IMG/VR virus record: IMGVR_UViG_3300023174_000058
Location: 1 to 64,000 of that record
Origin: a virus
DNA length: 64,000 nt
Strand: one strand, 5' to 3'
Shown: positions 55,947 to 64,000 of the stretch, one piece after another
Numbering within the stretch: position 1 is the stretch's first letter
Layout: each line of letters starts with the position of its first letter
Made by a program: the position numbers and the translations under genes
The notes under the pieces: model-generated
Seen by the model: the letters and a program-made list of their open reading frames with translations, nothing else
What the model was told of the DNA's origin: nothing
Database searches by the model: none

Positions 55947-56552
55947 ATGCTAACAGAAAAGAAATGCTATGGTTGTCAAACTACCAAAACTATTACAGAA
56001 TTTGGTAATGATAAAAGAGGCGTTGGTGGATTTAAAAATTATTGTAGACTGTGCTGCACCAAACGTCGTAAACTTCATTACGAGAAGAACAAAGAGAAAG
56101 AGTTAGTAAAAGGCAAAGAATACAAAGCTGCAAATAAAGAAAAGCTAGCAGAGCTATCAAGGGCGTATCGTAAGGCAAATCCTGAGAAGGTTAAAGAATG
56201 GAAACGAAACGAATATAAACGCCGCCGTTCGATTAAGAAGAATATTGTTGAAGACAGCATCAGCCGCGCAATCAATAAAAGAGTAAAGTTCAATAGGCAG
56301 TTTGGACATTGGGAAGAAATATTAGGTTATTCCGTAGAGCAATTAATGCTTCACTTGGAAAGCAAATTCAAGCCCGAAATGAACTGGGACAACTATGGTT
56401 CATATTGGCACATAGACCACGTAAAACCTAAGAGCTGGTTTGAATATGATGCTTTGGATAGTGAGGCTTTCAAACAATGTTGGGCATTAGATAATCTACA
56501 ACCGCTTGAAGCCTCACTCAACTGCTCTAAACAAAATAGATACGAAGGTTAG
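55947..56552 (+). CDS. HNH homing endonuclease-like (paralogue of 44278)
   Basis: HLESKF...WDNYG..WHIDH..P, NLQPL, RYEG end. Confidence 0.85.
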   Translation: MLTEKKCYGCQTTKTITEFGNDKRGVGGFKNYCRLCCTKRRKLHYEKNKEKELVKGKEYKAANKEKLAELSRAYRKANPEKVKEWKRNEYKRRRSIKKNIVEDSISRAINKRVKFNRQFGHWEEILGYSVEQLMLHLESKFKPEMNWDNYGSYWHIDHVKPKSWFEYDALDSEAFKQCWALDNLQPLEASLNCSKQNRYEG

Positions 56553-56917
56553 AAGTCATCGTCGCTACCATAACATCCATAATCTTCTGATGTTCCCCAT
56601 CCTGCGCTGGCAAGAGCATAGGCGTCGTCGCTGTAGTCAAGGTCCGCACCATAAGCAGAATCAAGTTCCTCATCGGCCTCGTCATACAGCCGCTCTTCCA
56701 TCCTGTCGGCAACGTCCTGCTTGCACAGCGCGTCCTCACACACAGGGGCACCACAGCCAATGCAGGGCTCCCCTTCGTTCAGTTCGGGGTAGTGCTTCAA
56801 CAGATCCTCGCCCATGCGCTGGCAGTCGCCGCAAACGCGGGTGCCATCGTCAAGCGCAATGGCGGCGTGCTTCTCGCACAGGTCGCACTTAGGGGCGAAA
56901 GGGATGCCAAGGGTCAT
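56549..56917 (-). CDS. Zn-binding, highly acidic protein
   Basis: Multiple CxxC, DDAYALASAGWGTSEDYG tail. Confidence 0.6.
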   Translation of the reverse strand: MTLGIPFAPKCDLCEKHAAIALDDGTRVCGDCQRMGEDLLKHYPELNEGEPCIGCGAPVCEDALCKQDVADRMEERLYDEADEELDSAYGADLDYSDDAYALASAGWGTSEDYGCYGSDDDF

Positions 56918-57327
56918 GTCGCAGTCTCCTATCCCGTCAATCGGGCGTGAAGGGATATTGGCATGGCTTGGGCTGGGATGCAATCAAAATAAAATGCTTT
57001 CGCCGGGGGGCTGGGCCCTCTTTTTTAAACCTTTTATTTTATGGGGTGGGGGAGTAGGGGGTGGTGGAGAGCGGCTGCGGCTAAAGGTGCGAAACTATCT
57101 ACCATAGGGGGGAAATGTGGCATAAAGGGTGCATAACCCTCAAACAATCTCCCGGTAATTTTTTGAACTTTTTGTTCCTATATAAACAATCACCAATTCC
57201 GGTAATTTTTATACTTGTTTAAACTTGTACTTAATAAAAATGCGGGCTAGCAGCTTTTCCTGCCGTGAGCCCCCATTTTTTATATTGATGTTATGAAAAA
57301 ATTTTTTTGGGAATTTTTTTAGGATTT

Positions 57328-57909
57328 TTACTTCCTACATTCTGGTGCTCTACCCTGTACCATTTTGCTTATCTCTTTTATTTTATTTCTTGGCCCTTCT
57401 AATTTAAGCGTAGACCAATACATTCCTTTTTCTAGTGTTATGTTTTTCTTTCTTTTTATTTGGTTTGCCATTATTCCTATTCCGCATTCCAAATTATTTT
57501 TTGGGTTCAATATTGTTAAATTATATGTTTGTTCTTTCCTATCCTGTTCCCAATTAAATTCGCACCAAGTTGCCCATCTTGTATCTGTATAGGATAACTG
57601 TAATAATCCTTCTGATTGTAGTGGCAATCCTGTTACTTGATCTATTCCAAGCTGGTGTTCCGTATATTGAGATTTTGGATTCCAACCGCTTTCATAAAAT
57701 GAAATTGCTGAGATTATTTCTCCCCAAACAGTTTGTCTTTTTTCTAAATCTAGTGTTTTGTATTTTGGGCAGAACATATCTATATCTTGAGCTGTGTCTA
57801 ATACTTCCCAATGTTTTTTTATTGCCGCCATTGTTACGCCGGTCCAATATATATTTTGTGGACTTTTTGTTTCCCAAGCTAAGGTAACAGCTAATAATAA
57901 AGACAACAT
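57328..57909 (-). CDS. Secreted lytic transglycosylase-like protein
   Basis: Signal peptide, YESGWNP, SEGLLQLSY, NPKNNLECG. Confidence 0.7.
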   Translation of the reverse strand: MLSLLLAVTLAWETKSPQNIYWTGVTMAAIKKHWEVLDTAQDIDMFCPKYKTLDLEKRQTVWGEIISAISFYESGWNPKSQYTEHQLGIDQVTGLPLQSEGLLQLSYTDTRWATWCEFNWEQDRKEQTYNLTILNPKNNLECGIGIMANQIKRKKNITLEKGMYWSTLKLEGPRNKIKEISKMVQGRAPECRK

Positions 57910-58026
57910 GGTAGTGATCTCCTCTATGACTACAACTATAGTACAGCAGTTCTTATGGCTGTTTTAAGCTCTTCTTTCTTCTTGACATCTGCTCTGTACT
58001 GTACTATTCTTTAGCTAGGAGAACCT

Positions 58027-58251
58027 ATGACAATAGATAAGTTTACTGCTTTTAAAGAAATTGTTTTTACTGCTGATAGGAATATTATGTTTAGCCGAGT
58101 AAGCAGAAAAAAGTTTGCCAATGAATTATCAAAAACTTGTGGACTTTGGGAACCAAATGTGGTATCTTTTGTTGAAGAAATGTCTGGTTTAAACTTTCAT
58201 ATCCTAGAAGATAGGAATATATTTATCCAATTTGCGGAGGTTGGCTTATGA
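58027..58251 (+). CDS. Hypothetical protein
   Basis: Promoter TTGACA-TACTAT, RBS. Confidence 0.5.
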   Translation: MTIDKFTAFKEIVFTADRNIMFSRVSRKKFANELSKTCGLWEPNVVSFVEEMSGLNFHILEDRNIFIQFAEVGL

Positions 58252-58372
58252 TTAATAATACTGTTGCTGCTCGTATTCTTATTGCTGGTCTTATTTGTGG
58301 ATTTTTTTGGCTTGGTGTTGCGGCTTCAAATAGCTTTATGGAACAGCAATCATATTTTGTAAAAAACAATAA

Positions 58373-58699
58373 ATGAACAATAATATTAAAGTTCCATTAA
58401 TTGCTGTATTAATTTCTGCTGTTGGAATTTTTGCTGCGCATAATTCAAAATGGATAAGGGATGGGGCATCTCCTTGGTGGACTGTTTACCTTGTTTCTAT
58501 TTGCACAAGCTCTATTTATGGTTACTTAGCTAGATATCCACTGTTCCCTCTAACATATACTAGTGCTTTTCAAACTTTCTTTTTTCATAGTTCTTGGTAT
58601 TTAACAACTATTTTTATTTTGGGCGAAAACGTTACTCGCTCTCAAGGTGTTGGTATTTTTATGATTTTTGCAGGAATGATAATGATGAGCCTTAAATAA
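58373..58699 (+). CDS. Small 4-TM membrane protein (SMR/EamA-like)
   Basis: Hydrophobic helices, ILGE.VT..Q.VGI.MI..G. Confidence 0.6.
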   Translation: MNNNIKVPLIAVLISAVGIFAAHNSKWIRDGASPWWTVYLVSICTSSIYGYLARYPLFPLTYTSAFQTFFFHSSWYLTTIFILGENVTRSQGVGIFMIFAGMIMMSLK

Positions 58700-58761
58700 T
58701 ACTGATGGAATAGTGTATAGTGTTGTAATTATATTATGGCCCTATCGGGCATGGAGTTCAA

Positions 58762-58995
58762 ATGTCTCAAGTAGCACCCCCACAAGCTCGTCAAAACGTT
58801 GATTTGTCTATGGCTGTAGATATTGTTTGTGAAAGCTGTGGTTCAAAACAATTTCGTGAAGTTGCATTTATTAAAAAAGTAAGCGCTCTTGTTTCTCCAA
58901 GCGGTAAGGAAATGATTGTTCCTGTTGGAACCTTTGCATGCGCAGCCTGTAATCACGTAAACACTGAATTTGATCCATTTGCCAATCGGCAATAG
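58762..58995 (+). CDS. Zn-ribbon protein
   Basis: CESCG..F...KVSAL.SP.G...F.C..C.HVN. Confidence 0.65.
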   Translation: MSQVAPPQARQNVDLSMAVDIVCESCGSKQFREVAFIKKVSALVSPSGKEMIVPVGTFACAACNHVNTEFDPFANRQ

Positions 58996-59028
58996 CCGTG
59001 CTATAGTGTGCGGCAGTGAGGTAAAAAC

Positions 59029-59544
59029 ATGAAAGTTCTTGCATTGTCGCACACCTATGAGCCTCTTGGTGTTGTTAATTGGGAAAAAGCAATCACACTA
59101 TTGTGTGCTGGTAAAGTGAAAAGTCTTAGCGATTACGACCAAGAAGTACGTTCGCCAAGTACTTCTTTTCGTGTTCCATCCGTAATTGTTTTTAATCATA
59201 ATAAACGCAACAGAGTCAAGAGTGTAAGATTTTCTCGTAAGAATGTTTGGGTTCGTGATGAAGGAAAGTGTCAATATTGCATGAAGCAAGTAAACTCGCA
59301 AGAGTTTACGCTTGATCATGTTACTCCAAGAACTCGTGGTGGCACTACTGTATGGACAAATGTTGTAACTTGTTGTTACCCCTGTAATCAAAAAAAGGGT
59401 GATAAAACTCCACAACAAGCTGGTATGAAACTAATTAAACCAGTTGTAAAACCCGATTCTCTTCCGTACATTCAAGATATAGAATTTTATAATTTTGGGT
59501 CACAAATTCCAGAAAGCTGGAAATTTTGGCTAGGTGAAATATGA
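59029..59544 (+). CDS. HNH endonuclease (McrA-like)
   Basis: RDEGKCQYC, TLDHVTPR.RGG, W.NVVTCC..CN..KG. Confidence 0.9.
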   Translation: MKVLALSHTYEPLGVVNWEKAITLLCAGKVKSLSDYDQEVRSPSTSFRVPSVIVFNHNKRNRVKSVRFSRKNVWVRDEGKCQYCMKQVNSQEFTLDHVTPRTRGGTTVWTNVVTCCYPCNQKKGDKTPQQAGMKLIKPVVKPDSLPYIQDIEFYNFGSQIPESWKFWLGEI

Positions 59545-60143
59545 TAGTAACGTTTATTGACACAGAAACAACCGGTCTGGATCTTTTTAGACATGAAGTT
59601 ATTGATATTGCAGCACTACAGATTAGTGTTTCTGGCGATTCGCATATTGAAATTTCACGTTTTGAGAGCAAAATAAAACCTAAAAAAATTAATGAAGCAT
59701 CTGAAATTGCTCTTAAAATTAATGGTTATACAAATAAAAAATGGAAAGAAGCCCCACCAGCCATTTCCGTCCTGCCTTTAATTCGTTCATACGTTGAAAC
59801 AAGCGAAATCGTTGTTGGTCAAAATCTTGTTTTTGATTATCGCTTTATTAATAAAATGTTTGATGGCGAAGAAATTGCTCGCCCCAAGTGGCCTAAATAT
59901 GTTGATACTAAATGGATGGCCGAGCAATTAGTTCATGAAGGAAAATTAAAAAGATCTTCTTTAGATTTTCTTTGCGAACATTACCAGATCCCAGTTGTAG
60001 GTAGAGCGCATACTGCTCTTACAGATGTTTTGAGAACATATGAACTTTACAAAGAATTGTCTAAACAAACAGAAATCGTTTATTTAAATTTTGATAAACC
60101 ATATGACCCATACGAGAATCGAAATGACAAAGACAAACGATAA
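59541..60143 (+). CDS. DEDDh 3'-5' exonuclease (DnaQ-like)
   Basis: DTETTG, QN..FD, HTAL.D. Confidence 0.88.
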   Translation: MIVTFIDTETTGLDLFRHEVIDIAALQISVSGDSHIEISRFESKIKPKKINEASEIALKINGYTNKKWKEAPPAISVLPLIRSYVETSEIVVGQNLVFDYRFINKMFDGEEIARPKWPKYVDTKWMAEQLVHEGKLKRSSLDFLCEHYQIPVVGRAHTALTDVLRTYELYKELSKQTEIVYLNFDKPYDPYENRNDKDKR

Positions 60144-60303
60144 AAATAATGAATATGTAAAATATTTAATTGATTACAATTATAAACTTGAAAAACAAAA
60201 AATTGTCATTCGAGCTATTATGGAAGATCAAACAAAATTTTTAAAAACTTGTAAACAAAAATGGGGAGATGAATTTTATTCTGAAATAGTTGCTGATTGT
60301 TAA
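60124..60303 (+). CDS. Hypothetical protein
   Basis: ORF. Confidence 0.4.
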   Translation: MTKTNDKNNEYVKYLIDYNYKLEKQKIVIRAIMEDQTKFLKTCKQKWGDEFYSEIVADC

Positions 60304-60527
60304 CTAGTTATTTTAGGAGGGCAATAACATGAAACCCCCTGAAAAAAAGGAGCAACCCTTACAGATTCAACTAGAATTACCTGACTATTCACAAGCATAT
60401 TACGATTATATACAAAAGAAAGAAAAAGAGAAAGAGCAAGAAGAAACAATCGTAATAATTGACATTTACTAACTAAAAGACTACTTATGTTAAGTGTTAA
60501 AATACTTATATAGGTAGTTTTTTTATT

Positions 60528-61289
60528 ATGCATATCAACTGTAATGATAAAAATTTTAGTCAAGAAGCGCTAAAATTAGCTTATAACCTCTATGATTTTA
60601 TGAAAAACAAGTACAAGTTTACTTGTGAACCAAAAATTTATTTTATATCTGATAATAATAATTCGCATAATATTCTTTGTAAAACGGGTTACTATGACCC
60701 ACAAGAAGAATCTGTTCATGTTTATGTGTCAAATCGCCACCCAAAAGATGTATTACGTTCATTAGCTCACGAACTTTTACATCATATTCAAGGTTGTGAA
60801 GGGATGGTTAAAGCTGACAGAGGTGATATGAATGGTGCAAGCGATCCAAATTATTTTATTCATGATAAATTTTTAAGAGAAATAGAATTAGATGCTTTTA
60901 AACGTGGCAATGATGCATTCCGCGAATGGGAAGCGCTCATTAAACAAGGGGATATTCAAATGAGTGAAACAAAACACAAGGGCAAAGAATTAAAAAAATT
61001 TAAAGAAAAACGTAGCGAAATAGCACATGCTATTCATAAAGATGATCCAAAAATGCCTATGGCAAAAAAAATGCGTATAGCTAGCGCTGCTGCTGAAAAA
61101 ACTTTAGAAGAAACTGAAGAAGGCTGGCAAGAAGAAAATTTACAAGAACAAAAAGAAGTAGAAGTTAATGAGGCTCTTAAAAACTCTCTTTATTATGTTC
61201 AAGAAGATCGACCATTGAGCCAAGCATATAATATGCGCGATGAAAAAATTTATAATGAACTTTTAAAAAAGTTTAAAATTAAAAAATAA
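60528..61289 (+). CDS. Zincin-like metallopeptidase domain protein
   Basis: TGYYDP, RHPKDVLRSLAHELLHH.Q, downstream E. Confidence 0.7.
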   Translation: MHINCNDKNFSQEALKLAYNLYDFMKNKYKFTCEPKIYFISDNNNSHNILCKTGYYDPQEESVHVYVSNRHPKDVLRSLAHELLHHIQGCEGMVKADRGDMNGASDPNYFIHDKFLREIELDAFKRGNDAFREWEALIKQGDIQMSETKHKGKELKKFKEKRSEIAHAIHKDDPKMPMAKKMRIASAAAEKTLEETEEGWQEENLQEQKEVEVNEALKNSLYYVQEDRPLSQAYNMRDEKIYNELLKKFKIKK

Positions 61290-61305
61290 GTTAGGAAAAT
61301 ATATA

Positions 61306-62370
61306 ATGGCAAAAAAAATTGACGAAATGACTGCCGCTAGTGGTGGTTCTGTTGCGGGAGGCGCTTTTGGACCAGCCGGTTATGGTGTTGTACATAAAGG
61401 AAAAAGAACTGGTAATCCAAAAAGACCTTGGAAAAGATTATCTATTAAAAAAACAGATAAAAAAAGAGGAGAAATGGTTCCAATGGAAACCCAAGCAGAG
61501 TCTATTTTAAGAGAAACTATTCGTCAATTAGTATTTTTAAATAAAGTAAAGTTTTATGAAGAACAAGCGAAATTAGGTATTCAAGAAAGCAAACTAAGAT
61601 ATATTATTCGTAGTCTTTTAGCCGAAGCTAAAACAGATGATGTAATTTATGATACAACCGGACAAAATGTCGGCAAGGATGCGATGGGTTATTTTAACGT
61701 TGCGTTACAACGTATAAAAGAACTTCAATCAAGCGAAGAACAACAAAGAAGTTACGCAAAATTTTATATTGATGCATTGCGAGCAGCGTTTGATTTAGCT
61801 GACAAACAAGAAGCATTGCTGTCACAATCACAACCAGCCAGCGGTGGAGTTCCACAAACAACAGCGCCAGCTGCTAAACGTCAAGACATGGATGAGCAAG
61901 AAGGCGAAGAATTAGAAACACCAGAAGCAGAAACTACAGGGGAAGAAACTGAATCAGAAGCAACAGCTCCTGCAATGGATGAAAAAGAAAAACAAAAACT
62001 TATCCAACAAGCAATGGAAAAAACCGCTGAAGCATCAATCGCTGGGGTCGAAGCAAACTTGGGCGACATGAAAGATAAAACTGGTATTGATTTTGCCCGT
62101 AAGGATGTCGAAACAGCTATTCCACAAGTCCTAGCTCTATATCCTCCATTAAGTGGCGAAAATATTTCTGTTACAGATAAAAAAGGTCAAACAAGACAAA
62201 CAACGGATAAAAAAGATTTCAAAGATTTCGTTCTTGGCAATCTTGAATTACAATTTGATAATGCAATTAAAACCTCAAGATTGCCAAAAGCAGCTGCCGC
62301 TTCACAAGCCGCCCCGTCGCCAGAAGCGCAACAAGTAGCAGCTGCGGCAATGCCAGAGCCAACAGTATAG
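61306..62370 (+). CDS. Hypothetical, probable head-internal protein
   Basis: IDEM, LRETIRQL, LRYIIRSLLAE motifs. Confidence 0.5.
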   Translation: MAKKIDEMTAASGGSVAGGAFGPAGYGVVHKGKRTGNPKRPWKRLSIKKTDKKRGEMVPMETQAESILRETIRQLVFLNKVKFYEEQAKLGIQESKLRYIIRSLLAEAKTDDVIYDTTGQNVGKDAMGYFNVALQRIKELQSSEEQQRSYAKFYIDALRAAFDLADKQEALLSQSQPASGGVPQTTAPAAKRQDMDEQEGEELETPEAETTGEETESEATAPAMDEKEKQKLIQQAMEKTAEASIAGVEANLGDMKDKTGIDFARKDVETAIPQVLALYPPLSGENISVTDKKGQTRQTTDKKDFKDFVLGNLELQFDNAIKTSRLPKAAAASQAAPSPEAQQVAAAAMPEPTV

Positions 62371-62379
62371 GAGTTTATT

Positions 62380-62619
62380 ATGAACGCACACATGAGAAGA
62401 AAATTAGCAAAGCTAGAACTTATTAGAAAATCACAACAACCTAAAATAGAAGAGCTAAAAATTGAAGAAAAAGTTACAGCATTAGAGCCAGCTGTAGAAC
62501 CTGTTAAGGTTGAAGAAGTTAAGGCTATTGAGGAAGTGGCAGCCACACCAGTTGTAGTTGAAGAGGCACCAGTGGCAGCACCTGTTGTATCATCAGGCAA
62601 GAAAAAGAAAAGTATTTAA
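62380..62619 (+). CDS. Low-complexity small protein
   Basis: RBS, E/V/P-rich. Confidence 0.5.
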   Translation: MNAHMRRKLAKLELIRKSQQPKIEELKIEEKVTALEPAVEPVKVEEVKAIEEVAATPVVVEEAPVAAPVVSSGKKKKSI

Positions 62620-62649
62620 AAATAGTTAGGCTTGTAATATACTCTTTTT

Positions 62650-63006
62650 ATGAGAACAATATATCAAGAGCAAGCCGATGAAATTGGTAATATCGTTTCA
62701 CAAAAAAATGCTGCGTACGGATCTGCTTTTTCAGAAGCGCATCATATATTAAAAGTTCTTTATCCTAACGGAATAAGACCTGAACAATATACTGATGCGC
62801 TTGCTATTATTAGAGTAGTTGATAAACTATTCCGTATTGCTACAAAAAAGGATGCATTTGGCGAAAATCCTTGGAAAGATATTGCCGGTTACGCTATACT
62901 AGGAGTCGTGAATGGAATCACGAAAGCAAGTAAACCCGAATCGTTATCTACAGATAACAACGAAAAGGTGGTCGAGCCTCCTAAAAAAGCTAAGAAAAGA
63001 AAATAA
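62650..63006 (+). CDS. DUF1599-like nucleotide-modification-associated protein
   Basis: KNAAYGSAF...DKLFR...E.PW.DIAGY.IL. Confidence 0.65.
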   Translation: MRTIYQEQADEIGNIVSQKNAAYGSAFSEAHHILKVLYPNGIRPEQYTDALAIIRVVDKLFRIATKKDAFGENPWKDIAGYAILGVVNGITKASKPESLSTDNNEKVVEPPKKAKKRK

Positions 63007-63328
63007 AATAAATGAAGAGTTTGAAATCCTATTAGGAAATTTAACTCTTGAAGAAATTATAGCAATTAAATTAGAATTAAGTAGTAAAACACAAGGAAGT
63101 CCGCTTTACGGTTTACCACTTTGGCATTCGCTAAACAATATAGTACAGGATGCTGTACTAAAGTTCGCTATCTCTACTACTTATACAAGCAGTGAAGCGG
63201 CAAGATACTTAGGGTTAGATCAAGCAAATTTATATCCGCTTATTAAAAAATTTCATATTTTAGATTATTTTGGTAAGAAATATAAAAAGAAATGGTTAGA
63301 TAAAAATTTAAGTAAAGAAAAAAATTAA
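62912..63328 (+). CDS. Protein with C-terminal Fis-type HTH
   Basis: SEAARYLGLDQANLYPLIKKF. Confidence 0.6.
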   Translation: MESRKQVNPNRYLQITTKRWSSLLKKLRKENKINEEFEILLGNLTLEEIIAIKLELSSKTQGSPLYGLPLWHSLNNIVQDAVLKFAISTTYTSSEAARYLGLDQANLYPLIKKFHILDYFGKKYKKKWLDKNLSKEKN

Positions 63329-63329
63329 T

Positions 63330-63405
63330 GCATTCGTAGCACAATCGGTAGTGCAGCTGTTTTGTAATCAGCAGGTTGTAGGTTCAATTCCTATCGAATG
63401 CTCCA
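63330..63405 (+). tRNA. tRNA-Thr(UGU)
   Basis: Cloverleaf, TT-TGT-AA, GGTTCAATTCC, CCA. Confidence 0.88.
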
Positions 63406-63407
63406 AA

Positions 63408-63962
63408 TTAAGCAGCGGCTTCTTCGGAGGTCGCTGTTTTTATTTTCCATTTACCGTCTTTGTTTAAAAAGTGTTCTTCCATGTGACAGTTTGGACAAAG
63501 AATTAATAAATTTTCTATTGTATTATTTTCTCTATTTCTATCTTGGTGATGGACTTCTAATATTTCTGGATGTTTATTGTAGGAACAGCGTTCGCATTTA
63601 CGTTCTTTTGAGCGAAAAGCAATTTCACGATAATGAGAATCCCCAGAGCCATAATGCGCTGGTTGTAAATCTTTTAATCCAAATTCAATTCTTTGAGCAA
63701 GATCTTTATGTTCTCTACAACAAAAATGTAAATTTTTTTTAGAATTTTGTTTTTGAGAACTGTTTTTATAAAACATTTTTTTACAATAAGAGCATTCTGT
63801 GTTGGGAATATTTAAAATAGCGCTTCTTTCCAGTAATTTATTTTTTACACCTTCTGCACTACATTTTTTTGAACAATATTTTCCATTGCCTCTATTTACT
63901 TCACGTAATTGTGCTTGAAAAAAGTTCTTACAATTCTGACAAGTTTGTGTTATAGTTTTCAT
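63408..63962 (-). CDS. HNH endonuclease with Zn-finger repeats
   Basis: YCSKKC, CERC...LEVHHQDRNRENN..ENL.ILCPNCH. Confidence 0.85.
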   Translation of the reverse strand: MKTITQTCQNCKNFFQAQLREVNRGNGKYCSKKCSAEGVKNKLLERSAILNIPNTECSYCKKMFYKNSSQKQNSKKNLHFCCREHKDLAQRIEFGLKDLQPAHYGSGDSHYREIAFRSKERKCERCSYNKHPEILEVHHQDRNRENNTIENLLILCPNCHMEEHFLNKDGKWKIKTATSEEAAA

Positions 63963-64000
63963 GTTTTCTCCTTTAATGGGGCTTGGGATTGCATAGTGTG

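Larger units (their letters stand above)
40517..57020. repeat. Dispersed palindromic site A-tract-N~12-GGGGCTAGCCCC-N~12-T-tract, 16 copies plus 2 degenerate
   Basis: CTAG cores start at 41959, 43349, 44089, 46812, 47700, 48911, 49704, 50443, 51436, 51875, 52953, 53764, 54663, 55386, 55820, variant 57011; degenerate 40521, 40580. Confidence 0.93.

Noticed and set aside
40500-57050. CRISPR array or integron attC sites
   Set aside because: Spacing is 0.4-2.7 kb and gene-filled, with no cas gene, no GTTRRRY/RYYYAAC ends and no integrase in the window.
63977-64000. Start of another tRNA (GGGGCTTGGGATTGCATAGTGTG)
   Set aside because: Truncated by the window edge; cannot be confirmed.

Overview
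64 kb of a large tailed-phage (jumbo/T4-like-scale Caudoviricetes) genome, read in the standard code. (1) 1-33 kb and 57.3-64 kb are AT-rich and almost all on the + strand. They carry replication and nucleotide genes (DnaB-like helicase, thioredoxin, NrdB/NrdA, ThyX, DnaE, dUTPase, IMPDH, PurA, DEDDh exonuclease), proteostasis genes (GroES, GroEL, Hsp20, ClpP, an Arg/Leu-tRNA-protein transferase-like protein), probable head-internal proteins behind an ACTANTTAT motif, a GH19 endolysin and tRNA-Thr. (2) 33-39.8 kb holds a translationally coupled array of 24 small 'GDI...VA-stop' paralogues, with 10 more on the - strand at 44.9-49.6 kb. (3) About 40.4-57.2 kb is a visibly GC-richer block cut into gene modules by 16 copies of a tripartite palindromic site (A-tract, ~12 nt, GGGGCTAGCCCC, ~12 nt, T-tract). 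Most copies sit a fixed ~30 bp from a sigma70-type -35 box. This block contains a MoxR/VWA pair, LexA-like and winged-helix DNA binders, a Gp88-like protein, HNH endonucleases, four tRNAs (one structurally atypical) and two non-canonical tRNA-like RNAs. The palindrome-delimited promoter-cassette array and the micro-paralogue array are the best candidates for an undescribed system. All calls are by eye from motifs; no database search or folding program was run.
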